A DNA stretch of 63,965 nucleotides, counting the filler, from Octopus bimaculoides (Eukaryota), in assembly GCF_001194135.2 (NCBI RefSeq). It is 8 parts of 7 records of this genome, joined end to end, with 100 filler letters (N's around TTAATTAATTAA, not from the genome) between each part and the next. Parts side by side here need not be neighbours in the genome. Positions count along the whole stretch, not along the records: positions 40,840 to 53,577 come from NC_068984.1; positions 53,678 to 56,060 come from NC_069008.1; positions 56,161 to 63,965 come from NC_068989.1; 5 more parts are not named here. The stretch is one strand, 5' to 3'. Below are positions 52,610-63,965 of this stretch, in pieces. Under the pieces are notes generated by a model. That model ran no database searches, was not told the DNA's origin, and was given only the letters and a program-made list of their open reading frames with translations. Numbering within the stretch: the first letter of the stretch is position 1; each line of letters begins with the position of its first letter. The position numbers and the translations under genes were made by a program.

Positions 52610-53677
52610 GAGAGAGGAGAAGGCAAGGAAAGTGTGTGTGAGAGAGAGAGAGGGAGAGAGTTGTGTAATAAATATTAGTGTTATTCACGGGTGGGGTTGT
52701 TTCTCTAATACACACTAGGTTGGTATCTATGAAATAACCTGATAATATCAATGCAATCTTTGAATTTTCTCGCAGTTAACCAACAATATTTAGAAAGAAT
52801 TTTTACAGAATATAGTGAAAGAGGAGGATGACGTAGTTGCTCAGTAGTTGGTTGGTTTGTCGGTTGGCTGCTTGTTTTATCTCTCTGTAGTGTGATAATC
52901 TTAAGCTTATTTAGATTTTTGTACAAGTGCTTAACGCTACGATGGCTATCAGAGAAATGTTTACGTTAGCTCTGGTTATAGTTGTTGTTGTTGTTGTTGA
53001 TGTTTTATTTTAGTTCGAGTTTATTTCTAATCGGGCAGATCAATGATGAAAAGTATTACAGCTGTAACTACTCCGGCTGTATTTTTATAGTTTTAATTAA
53101 AAAAAAAAAATGTCTTCCTTTGATTAACATTCATCACAGACACCTTCTTTATGAAAGCAGAAGGGAGTGATTTGAGGATGTATTAACTATTTCTAGCAAA
53201 TCGAACGACTGTGTGCAGTCACTTTACTCAAGGTCTGAGTCGATGAAACGCCGATAATGAAAAACGGGACGTTTGATTAAACAGAAAGAAATCACATGTG
53301 TAAATTTTCAAGTTATCACTTCACATTACATCTTGTTGGATAACGTTAGAGTCGTTTTGATTATATATTCTGTTCTTTCATAGTATTTTGAAAACATCTA
53401 AAGCAGCGAGCTGGCAGAAACGTTAAAACGCCGAGCGCTATTTCATCTGCCGCTACGTTCTGAGTTCAAATTCCACCGAAGTTGACTTTGCCTTTCATCT
53501 TTTCGGGGTCGATTAAGTAAGTACCAATTACGCATTGGGGTTGATATAATCGACTTAATCCGTTTGTCTGTCCTTGTNNNNNNNNNNNNNNNNNNNNNNN
53601 NNNNNNNNNNNNNNNNNNNNNTTAATTAATTAANNNNNNNNNNNNNNNNNNNNNNNNNNNNNNNNNNNNNNNNNNNN

Positions 53678-53882
53678 CAATGTACATGATAACACTTCCA
53701 ATCTGTTAAGATCAGAAGCCATGAGAGCCAGTGCCTGGTACTGCATCAGGACATTAGCAAATCTGTGGTATTGAGCAGAATATTTGCTATAGCCCATCTT
53801 TTATACCAAGACAAAACAATGTACATGATAACACTTCCAATCTGTTAAGATCAGAAGCCATGAGAACCACTGCCTGGTACTG

Positions 53883-53886
<4 letters not shown>
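53678..53886 (-). repeat. Tandem duplication (period about 139 bp) of a repeat attached to a (TAA)n tract
   Basis: caatgtacatgataacacttccaatctgttaagatcagaagccatgaga...tgcctggtactgcat starts at 53678 and again at 53817. Confidence 0.85.
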
Positions 53887-53913
<27 letters not shown>

Positions 53914-54165
53914 GTGAGGTAGCAGAATCATTAGCATGCTTTGCAGAAATGTTTGGCAGCATTTTGCCTGTCTGTACATTCTGAGTTCAAATTCTGCTGA
54001 GCTCACCTTTGCTATTGATCCTTTCAGAGTTGATAAATTAAGTACCAGTAACACACTGGGGTTGATGCAATCAACCAATCCCCTCCCCTCCCCCAGAAAT
54101 TTCAGTAGTGCCTTCAGTAGAAAAGATTATCATTATTATTATTGTTATTGTTGTTATTATTATCA

Positions 54166-54203
<38 letters not shown>

Positions 54204-54646
54204 GTTGTTATTTTTATTATTATTATTATTAAGACAGTGATCGGGCAGAATTGTTAGCATGCCCGGCAAAATGCTAAGTGGTTTTTATTTCATCTTCCAC
54301 TATGTTGTGAGTTCAAATTCGCCTAAGGTCGACTTTGTCTTTCATCCTTTCGGAGGTTTTATAAATTAAGTACCAGTTGAGTACTGGGTTGATGTAATCG
54401 ATTGAACCCCCCTCCCCTTAAATTCCAAGCCTTGTGTCTAGAGTAGGAAGTGTTGTTGTTGTTATTATGGTGTGCTGGCAGAATCGTTAGCACACAAGAA
54501 AAAATACTTTAGCAGAATTTTGCTCATCTTTACATCCTGAGATCAAATTCGCCCAAGGTCAACTTTGTCTTGTTTTTGTTTTTCTTTTGACCGTTTGTCA
54601 AAGTTTAAAACTATTATTGTTGTTAGTGCCGTTGCTGTTTTTTCAG

Positions 54647-54791
54647 CTCCAAATTGATGACAAAATTCAGAAAAGTCTCTACCCTCAGCATCCTCTCGAT
54701 AACATCAACCACATTCGAGTCGGGTCGCCACGGCAGAAGCTGTTGGATGAGGAAGGAGACATCTATAAGAAGTTTGTAGGAAGAATTTACA
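54647..54791 (+). CDS. Internal coding exon (phase 0 to 1) of a neurexin-superfamily / CNTNAP(Caspr)-like laminin-G domain protein
   Basis: Acceptor ctgttttttcag| and donor A|GTAAGT. 145 nt open: LQIDDKIQKSLYPQHPLDNINHIRVGSPRQKLLDEEGDIYKKFVGRIY. Matches the LamG pattern LxxD...N..(hydrophobic)xxG...FxG of the last LNS domain of Caspr/neurexin as recalled. Phase is compatible with the next exon. Confidence 0.8.
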
Positions 54792-54949
54792 GTAAGTAAC
54801 TTTCTTTTGCCTTCGCTTAACTTTTTAGCAATTAATCCAACCATGTTCGGCCCAAATATTCTTTCTCTTTTACTTATTTCAGTCACTGGACCGTGGCCAT
54901 GCTGGGGCACCACCTTGAAGAATTTGTCTATCAATGTATTTATTTAGTG

Positions 54950-55520
54950 CATATCTGTCTGTCTGTCTGTTAGTCTACCTGTGCATCTGTCCCATTTATC
55001 TATCTTTCTTCCCATCTATCTGTCTTTCTGTTTTACCAATTATCTATTTGCCTGTTTATCTATCTGTCAGTCTATCTGTCTATATCTATCTATTGATCTA
55101 TTTATCTGTTTGTTTATCTATCTGTCTGTCTATATTTATCTGTCCGTCTATTTATAATTGTCTTTCTATCTGTCTGTCCATCTATATCTATCTATCTATA
55201 TGTCCGTATCTGTCTGTCTCTCTATCTGTATCTATCTATCTATCTATCTATCTAGCTGTCTATTTGTCTGTCTGTCTCTCTCTCTATCTATCTATCTATC
55301 TATCCAGCTAGCTAGCTTTCTTTCTGTCTGTCTATCTATCTATCTATCTATCTATCTATCCATCTATCCATCTATCCGTCTATCTATTGGTCTATATGTC
55401 CTTCTAACTATCTCTTTTCCTGCCTTTCTATCTAACTGTCTGTCTATCTTTTTACCCCTCTCTTTTTCCTCCCCCCTCTCTCCCCCCTCTCTCTCTCTGC
55501 CCATCTGTTTATCTTTCTGA
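54950..55520 (+). repeat. Complex (CTAT)/(CTGT) microsatellite filling most of the 826-bp intron between the two LamG exons
   Basis: Directly visible. Confidence 0.9.
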
Positions 55521-55617
55521 CTATCAATAGGTTTGTCTGTCTATTGTCTACCCACCCCTCTACCTACCAGCCTGCCTAACTATTTTATATTTCTCCATTT
55601 CTCTTTCTCTCTTCCAG

Positions 55618-55805
55618 ATGTCATCTACAACCCACAAGGTGTTCCTATCTATCCACTGAAGGCCTACCTCGACCGAGGAGACTCCAAGAAGGTTCAAATC
55701 TTGACAGGAGCTTTATACAACTGCAGCGTGTCTGACTATGTTCCACCCACATATAACATCCAAACTGAAACCACTGTCCCCACAACCACCACTCTGCCAC
55801 ATCGG
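55618..55805 (+). CDS. Next coding exon (phase 1 to 0): end of LamG domain plus Thr/Pro-rich stalk
   Basis: Strong polypyrimidine acceptor ttctctttctctcttccag| and donor CGG|GTAATA. Splicing to the previous exon gives A+AT = Asn and ...GRIYNVIYNPQGVPIYPLKAYLDRGDSKKVQILTGALYNCSVSDYVPPTYNIQTETTVPTTTTLPHR. The FxGxxxxVxxN..IxPLK...C pattern resembles the Caspr/Nrx-IV LamG4 C-terminus. Confidence 0.82.
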
Positions 55806-56328
55806 GTAATATATTTCTTACAACTTGGGGTTCATTAATGACAATGTAACCTTTATATAATCAAGGTATCATTGGCCTGATGATTAGCAAGCTGAGTATT
55901 CCTCATTGTGTAAGTACTACATCAGAGGATCTGCTAGCTAGGAAACATACAGAGCTTGGATTTTACCTGCTCCATTCCCTCAATTTGGATTTTTATTTGT
56001 ATTTAGAAGCAACACAAGCTGCTAACTGTGTAAAAAAGTAATTCTCTTTTCAGCTGATTGNNNNNNNNNNNNNNNNNNNNNNNNNNNNNNNNNNNNNNNN
56101 NNNNTTAATTAATTAANNNNNNNNNNNNNNNNNNNNNNNNNNNNNNNNNNNNNNNNNNNNGTAAATCTGTTTCTACTGTTGCTCATTTCGTACATACACA
56201 CACACACACACACAGAGGCAAACAATAGAGCCTATATCAGTCTTCTGACTTGTCAGCTCCAGCCCATGCCGTCCAACCCATGCCAGCATGGAAGGAGGAC
56301 GTTAAAGGATGATGATCACACACACACA

Positions 56329-56371
<43 letters not shown>

Positions 56372-56513
56372 TTCTGGTGATTGCTCCGTCTTCACGGATG
56401 ATTGCAGTCTCTCTCTCTCTGTGCTTCCTCATTGTCAATGGCATTTCTGACTTTCCATTCATGACATCTCACATGACTATAGTCAATTCCGATGCAGAGC
56501 GTCACATGTATGA

Positions 56514-56553
<40 letters not shown>

Positions 56554-57963
56554 CACATGCATACACACATGGATATCTATAAATGTAGGTCATTCAGTTT
56601 GCGGAAATATTGACCATTGTAAAAAGCATGCCTCCTTTTGTAGTTGGCCGCCATTGGTGATCATCATCATCACCATCATCACCATCATCACCATCNNNNN
56701 NNNNNCACACACACACACACACACACACACATTGGGCTTCTTTCAGTTTCTGTCTTTGAAATCCACTCACTAACTTTGGTTGGATATATCAACGCTAAAT
56801 TAATCCACTGTTGTCGCAATTGTCACCAAGACAGTTTATTATATAGCATCTGGCGGTCTGTCTGTGTGTCTCTCAGGATTTTCTCATTGTCGTTTTTCTA
56901 AGACAGGCGGGGTTTCATGTAAATACTTAAAGCTTCTCCTTGAAGCAGTTGAAGCTGAGTGGTCAGGCATATATCTAGGCTGAATCTGATCTGTTATTGT
57001 GTCATTAAGTCTGTTGTGTAGAAACCAGTGTGAAATATCCTAGATTATGTTGTTGCGGAAAATACACCACTCAAACATTCGTCATCTCTATGGGTTGACC
57101 TTTGGAGATGTCTTGGTGAGANNNNNNNNNNNNNNNNNNNNNNNNNNNNNNNNNNNNNNNNNNNNNNNNNNNNNNNNNNNNNNNNNNNNNNNNNNNNNNN
57201 NNNNNNNNNNNNNNNNNNNNNNNNNNNNNNNNNNNNNNNNNNNNNNNNNNNNNNNNNNNNNNNNNNNNNNNNNNNNNNNNNNNNNNNNNNNNNNNNNNNN
57301 NNNNNNNNNNNNNNNNNNNNNNNNNNNNNNNNNNNNNNNNNNNNNNNNNNNNNNNNNNNNNNNNNNNNNNNNNNNNNNNNNNNNNNNNNNNNNNNNNNNN
57401 NNNNNNNNNNNNNNNNNNNNNNNNNNNNNNNNNNNNNNNNNNNNNNNNNNNNNNNNNNNNNNNNNNNNNNNNNNNNNNNNNNNNNNNNNNNNNNNNNNNN
57501 NNNNNNNNNNNNNNNNNNNNNNNNNNNNNNNNNNNNNNNNNNNNNNNNNNNNNNNNNNNNNNNNNNNNNNNNNNNNNNNNNNNNNNNNNNNNNNNNNNNN
57601 NNNNNNNNNNNNNNNNNNNNNNNNNNNNNNNNNNNNNNNNNNNNNNNNNNNNNNNNNNNNNNNNNNNNNNNNNNNNNNNNNNNNNNNNNNNNNNNNNNNN
57701 NNNNNNNNNNNNNNNNNNNNNNNNNNNNNNNNNNNNNNNNNNGCATGCCTCCTTTTGTAGTTGGCCGCCATTGGTGATCATCATCATCACCATCATCACC
57801 ATCATCACCATCATCACCATCACCATCATCACCATCACCATCATCACCGTCATTATTGTCATTATTCTTGGTTACATACAAAATAGGCTGAAATTACAGC
57901 AAGAATTATTATTAATGAAAATCTGATAGATTTTTGCATTTCCTCATTGGATACCAATGGCCG

Positions 57964-58003
<40 letters not shown>

Positions 58004-58350
58004 TATCATCAACGTCATCGTTGTCATCGTCATTGTTATTGTTGTTATTGTTAATTATGATTGTTAATGAAATGGTCATCTTGGCAGTGGAATAGATTAC
58101 CAGGATGTTAATATCCTTCACAGACCAATCAACTTAATTTCTATGGACTCTTATTTGTATTTAGGCTTTTCTGTCATTGTTGCTTTCGTTTGTTCAGTGT
58201 TGCTGTTGTTGTTGTTGTTGCTATTGTTGTTGTTGTTGGCATTGTGTATTTAACCCCAGGCCAACCTGATCGAGAAAATCTGTATTCTTCTTCAGACATT
58301 GTGTCTCAGAACAATGCATAGACACAGGCGAGGCTGGGATGGGCATAAGA

Positions 58351-58752
58351 GTGGCTGTGTGGTTAGAAGATTGCTTCCCGATGACATGGTTCCAGTTTCA
58401 ATCCTACCGTGTGGCAGGCACCTTGGTCGAGTGTCTTCGATAGCTTCAGGCTGACCAAAACCGTTTGAGTGGATTTGGTAGAAGGAAACTGAAAGAAGCC
58501 CATCGTATATATGCGCATGCGTGCGCGTGTGTGTGTGTGTGCATGTGTCTTTGTGTTTGTTCCACTTGACAATTGGTGTTGGTGTTTTTTATGTCCCTGT
58601 AACTTAGCGGTTTGGCAAAAGGGACTGATAGAGTAGGTGCCACGCTTTAAAAAAAAGCTAAGTACTGGCTTAAATTCATTTGACTAAAACCTCTTTAAGG
58701 TAGTGCCCCAGCATGGCCACAGTCTAATGACTGAAACAAGTAAAAGATTAAG
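58351..58752 (+). mobile_element. SINE family A, full length
   Basis: Head, accttgg..gagtgtctt central block and tail ...cagcatggccacagtc.aatgactgaaacaagtaaaaga. Minus-strand 3' halves also lie near 15345, 21118, 32975, 34175, 40535, 54862 and 60232. Confidence 0.85.
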
Positions 58753-61036
58753 ATGTATCCTTCATGTGTCTATGTGTGTGTGTGTGTGCATGTGGTGTGT
58801 GCATGTGTGCATGTAAGTGTTAGTGTGTATGTGTAAATGTGTGTGTGTGTAAGTGTTTGTGCTTGTGTGTGTGTAATATCAAAAGACCCAACCTTTGTTA
58901 AATTAGGGACAACACATTTCTCTGACCTTAGGACATCCTACCATGACCTTCCCTTCTCCTCTACCTCAATGGAATAAATATATCTGTTGGATGGAATAAG
59001 AAGGATTTAGGGACACTGGCCTTTCAACCAACTACCTTTTAGCACAGGTTCTTCACCTCACTGGGGCCCTGCAGGTAAAGGTGGACCTAATTCCCCAAAA
59101 TGCTATCTCTGCTACCATCGTTGCTTATCAACCCTTATACCTCATCTCACATCCCCCCNNNNNNNNNNNNNNNNNNNNNNNNNNNNNNNNNNNNNNNNNN
59201 NNNNNNNNNNNNNNNNNNNNNNNNNNNNNNNNNNNNNNNNNNNNNNNNNNNNNNNNNNNNNNNNNNNNNNNNNNNNNNNNNNNNNNNNNNNNNNNNNNNN
59301 NNNNNNNNNNNNNNNNNNNNNNNNNNNNNNNNNNNNNNNNNNNNNNNNNNNNNNNNNNNNNNNNNNNNNNNNNNNNNNNNNNNNNNNNNNNNNNNNNNNN
59401 NNNNNNNNNNNNNNNNNNNNNNNNNNNNNNNNNNNNNNNNNNNNNNNNNNNNNNNNNNNNNNNNNNNNNNNNNNNNNNNNNNNNNNNNNNNNNNNNNNNN
59501 NNNNNNNNNNNNNNNNNNNNNNNNNNNNNNNNNNNNNNNNNNNNNNNNNNNNNNNNNNCCCCACCTATTTCTTTCCCCTCCTCTCCCTCCCCACTGTTCC
59601 TTAAACTGTCGGGAACTCAGTCAGCAGAAGTGCGTGTATGCATGCGCATGCACGTGTGTGTGCGTGTACACACACACCTCTATCTGTACATGGACATGAG
59701 TGAGAGGGTGTCTGTCTGCATATGTGAGTGTTTGTGTTTGCATATTTTTCAGGTATGTGTGTGGTGTAATGATGGTGGTGAAGTAGTGTGGTGTGGTGGT
59801 GGTAGTGGTGGTGGTGAAGTAGTGTGGTGTGGTGGTGGTAGTGGTGGTGGTGGTGTGTGTGTGTGTATTAGAGCACCTGTTGGTTTTTAATTACCAAATT
59901 GATTGCTGTTTGCTACATGATGTCTATGCCTATTAGTTACTGCTAATTAATAAATAAAATAGATTATTAATACAACAACAACAACAGGATTGATTTGCCA
60001 CAGGGTCCCTATAGACACTATGTTACAGGAGAAAAAAAGTGTTAAAGAGAAAAATATGTATAATCACCGCCACTACCACCATCATCATCACCATTATCAT
60101 AACATCACTACTGCCATTTTCACCATCATCATCATCTTCATCACCACCCCATCATCATTATCACCACTGTTATAATCAACCTCATGACTCTCCAAACTAA
60201 GAGATCCTCTGTGCAATTAGTTGATCACTCTTTACTCTTTACTCTTTTACTTGTTTCAGTCATTTGACTGCGGCCNNNNNNNNNNNNNNNNNNNNNNNNN
60301 NNNNNNNNNNNNNNNNNNNNNNNNNNNNNNNNNNNNNNNNNNNNNNNNNNNNNNNNNNNNNNNNNNNNNNNNNNNAACCGATGCTGGTGTGTTTATGTCC
60401 CCGTAACTTAGCGGTTCGGCAATAGCCACCACAGCTATTACATCATTATCATCATCCCCCTTCTCCCAAACTTACAGGTCTGTATTCAGTGCAGAGGTTT
60501 TCTCTCAAGCAATCGCTTGCCACTCCTCTCTCACCTGCTTTCAGCAATTTTACGAGGTGTGAGTCAGTATTTTCTTATCTTCTGCCCTCACCCCTTCCTC
60601 TTCAAGTGGTACTTGAAAAAGTTGGCTTGTCCAGCGAGGGAAATCTCTGGAGTCCACTCAAACACACTACCGTCAGTCACCACCACGAACGGAGTTGAAC
60701 CACTCTTGCTTCCTCTGTCAAAAAAAATAAAGAAACGGTTCTGAAATGATAATAACTGTGACCATTACAGTTTCTAACATTAGCACAATGCCAGAATTAT
60801 AGGAAAACTTCAAGGAAGTCTCTATGTGGCCACACAGCTTGCTAGAAACAGCAGCCAAATCTCTCAAAATTACAACTTACCATAAAGTTCCACTTGATAA
60901 GAGCTTAACATTAGTTAAACAGCAATACCTGGCATGTATTGTATGAAAGGCAAAGTTAACTGCAGCAGGATTTGAACACATAAGAGCAAATCATTTTGCA
61001 GTAGGGCATTAGATTCTGCCAATCTAATGCCCTATG

Positions 61037-61091
<55 letters not shown>

Positions 61092-61510
61092 TTAAAATAA
61101 TAATCCATTCTACTGAAGGCACAAGGTCTTGAAATTTTGGGGGAAGGGACTAGTCAATTACATCGACCCCAGTGTTTCACTGGTACTTAATTTATCGACT
61201 CTGAAAGGATGAAAGGCAAAGTCAACCTCGGCAGAATTATAATGATAATAATAATGATAATGATAACAAGAACAGCAATAATAATCCTTTCTAATAATAA
61301 TAATGATAATAATAGTAATAATGATGATAATAATAATAATAATAATAATAATAATTAAAATAATAATCCTCTCTACTGAAGGCACAATTCCTTGAAATTT
61401 TTGGGGAGGGGACTGGTTGATTACATTGACCCCAGTGTTTCACTGGTACTTAATTTATTGACTCTGAAAGGATGAAAGGCAAAGTCAACCTTGGCAGAAT
61501 TATAATAATA

Positions 61511-62206
61511 ACTCAAAGCAGAGACTGAAGGATTTTTAATTGCTGCACAAGACCAAAGCCTCCCCACCAGAAATTACCAAAAACACATAATGAAAAGAAA
61601 TATAACAAGTAACTGTAGAATATGTGGAGATCGACAAGAAACAATAAATCATATTATCTCTGGCTGCCCAGTCCTGGCTAAGAAGGAATATATTCACAGA
61701 CACGACAGAGCTGGGACCTATATACACTGGAAGCTATGCCAACATTATGGAATAACAACAGAAAAAAGATGGNNNNNNNNNNNNNNNNNNNNNNNNNNNN
61801 NNNNNNNNNNNNNNNNNNNNNNNNNNNNNNNNNNNNNNNNNNNNNNNNNNNNNNNNNNNNNNNNNNNNNNNNNNNNNNNNNNNNNNNNNNNNNNNNNNNN
61901 NNNNNNNNNNNNNNNNNNNNNNNNNNNNNNNNNNNNNNNNNNNNNNNNNNNNNNNNNNNNNNNNNNNNNNNNNNNNNNNNNNNNNNNNNNNNNNNNNNNN
62001 NNNNATACATAACAAAAATAGCAGGACTTACAAATATATATAACATACAGAAAATTGCACTACTGGGTACTGCACACATTCTACGCAAAACACTTTCAAT
62101 ACAGTAAACATAAGAGCACCACAGCAAACCACAGCACATACCCAAGGCGCACAGAGCTGCGCTCGGTAGTGAAGTGAAAGCACGTTATAAAAATAAAACT
62201 ACTGAA
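61511..62206 (+). mobile_element. R4/Dong-clade (RLE-type) non-LTR retrotransposon, 5'-truncated 3' end
   Basis: AETEGFLIAAQDQSLPTRNY...CRICGDRQETINHIISGCPVLAKKEYIHRHD (CCHC knuckle)...IQKIALLGTAHILRKTL*, 3' UTR, then (TAA)n. Flanked by TAA repeats. Confidence 0.85.
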
Positions 62207-63581
62207 TAATAATAATAATGATAATGATAACAAGAACAACAATAATAATCCTTTCTAATAATAATAATGATGATAATGATGATAATAATGATAATAATAA
62301 TAATAATAATGATAATAATAATGATAATAATGATAATAATAATGATAATGGTAATTAAAATAATAATCCTCTCTACTGAAGGCACAAGGCCTTGAGATTT
62401 TGGGGGAGGGGACTGGTCGATTACATCGACCCCAGTGTTTCACTGGTACTTAATTTATCAACCCCAAAATGATGAAAGTCAACCTTGGCGGTGTTTGCAC
62501 TCAGAATGTTAAGCTGGAAAAAATGCCAGTAAACATTTTCTCTGTCATGGTAACAATTCTACCTGTTCATTGCCCTCAATAATAATAATAATAATAATAA
62601 TATGTGCAGGATCTGGCTAATCTACAAGTTCTTAGGGATTCGGTGAAATTGAAGCCACAGGTTGTTTCAATCTCATTATTGTGATTATATTGCGAGATAA
62701 TTAATCTTAATTGATGGACTGTTGCAACCAAAATGCATTCAGTTTCATGGAAGGCTGCACACCCTGGATACTAATTGCAGCAGACTGCACTGCCATTTTG
62801 CAGATCTCTGCAAGTGTTCGCTCTTATATTGTCACAGCATTCTGTTACACACCAGTGAACAAAACACTTGATTGCCTCTGCAGCTGGTTGCTATGTGTGT
62901 GTGTGTCCTTTTGTGGTTCCGAATCTAGGTCATTCGGAGCAGTCAGTTGCCGAAGCAACTGTGGAAGAGAGATGACATTAATTTCACATGGTTAAGGAAA
63001 TTAAGTCTATCAAACTGTGATTACGAAATGCTAGCAGGATATCGCACATCGATATCACATGCTGATCATGGAAGCGAATGGCATCAAGCTATGATAGACA
63101 ATGAAATACTGACAGAGAGAGAGGTTATTACAATGGTTTAATTGATATCACATTGTTATGTAAATGATAGATATCAGGTTACGGTCTTCAATAAAAATAC
63201 TGGTATTGGCATATTGTATCAGTTTTATTATCACATTAGCATAAAAACCAATCACATTCTGTTATGATTGAGAATAAAATTTACAGATTTGTTAGAAGAA
63301 GATCCTTAGAGTTGAAATAATATTGCAGAATAATGGAGAAACAAAATGGAAAGATTGTTGTGTTTGAAAATTGTTGAACCTTCTCACTTGCTATATTTCT
63401 TTTTCCATACTGTAGCAGAAAATATATATAAAAAAAAAAATGATTGGAGGTTGGGTAGGATCTGAGTCCCAATTTGAAATGAATTAAGGGATATTATTGC
63501 TAGGAATTTTACACAAGAAAATCCAAAGACCTAGTTTCCAACAATATAACACTGGTATTATATAAAACGATGTATTGGGCT

Positions 63582-63965
63582 GTGGGAGGCGCAATGGCCC
63601 AGTGGTTAGGGCAGCGGACTCGCGGTCATAGGATCGCGGTTTCGATTCCCAGACTGGGCGTTGTGAGTGTTTATTGAGCAAAAACATCTAAACCTCTATG
63701 AGGCTCCGGCAGGGGATGGTGGCGAACCCTGCTGTACTCTTTCACCACAACTTTCTCTCACTCTTACTTCCTGTTTCTGTTGTGCCTGTAATTCAAAGGG
63801 TCAGCCTTGTCACACTGTGTGTCACGCTGAATACCCTCGAGAACTACGTTAAGGGTACATGTGTCTGTGGAATGCTCAGCCACTTGCACGTTAATTTCAC
63901 GAGCAGGCTGTTCCGTTGATCGGATCAACTGGAGCCCTCGACGTCATAAGCGACAGAGTGCCAAC
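63582..63965 (+). mobile_element. Full-length tRNA-derived SINE, same family as 24376-24761
   Basis: A box TGGCCCAGTGG, B box GGTTTCGATTCC, colinear to the 3' end gagtgccaac at the window edge. Confidence 0.92.

Noticed and set aside
53010-53095. LFLIGQINDEKYYSCNYSGCI, a LamG-like peptide
   Set aside because: The DNA resembles a dispersed repeat also seen near 15170 and 58250, and there is no good donor.
60547-60744. AILRGVSQYFLIF… as the transmembrane exon (superficially like Caspr AIIGGVIAVVIF)
   Set aside because: Charged, polar and proline residues interrupt the hydrophobic stretch, and there is no recognisable 4.1-binding or PDZ tail.

Overview
AT-rich eukaryotic (animal) genomic DNA from a gapped draft assembly. 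It has many N-runs, seven of them 100-bp gaps carrying an artificial TTAATTAATTAA linker. The repeat content (tRNA-derived SINE families, dense CA/TA/CATA/CTAT/AAT microsatellites) looks cephalopod, most likely Octopus; that is an inference. Most of the window appears to be intron of a large + strand gene. Only two exons of it are well supported (54647-54791 and 55618-55805). They splice in frame to give 111 aa resembling the last laminin-G (LNS) domain and Thr/Pro-rich stalk of a neurexin-superfamily (CNTNAP/Caspr/Neurexin-IV-like) protein. The rest is transposon relics: ITm DD34D mariners (one near full length with TIRs and TA TSD), DD37D maT, DD41D rosa/VS, piggyBac, hAT (Buster-like), a MITE with an 8-bp TSD, a Gypsy integrase, Tx1/L1, RTE and R4/Dong LINE pieces, Penelope-like ends, and at least three SINE families. 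The most notable observations are minimal type I hammerhead ribozyme motifs (one apparently intact at 16077-16122), a 54-bp-arm palindrome, a phased triple octamer (ATGCAAAT) cluster, inverted SINEs bracketing a frame-preserving exon pair, and a Dong-like LINE inserted in a triplicated SINE/(AAT)n unit. Almost all ORF-track entries are artefacts of N-runs or microsatellites. All family assignments rest on motif recognition by eye; no database searches were run.
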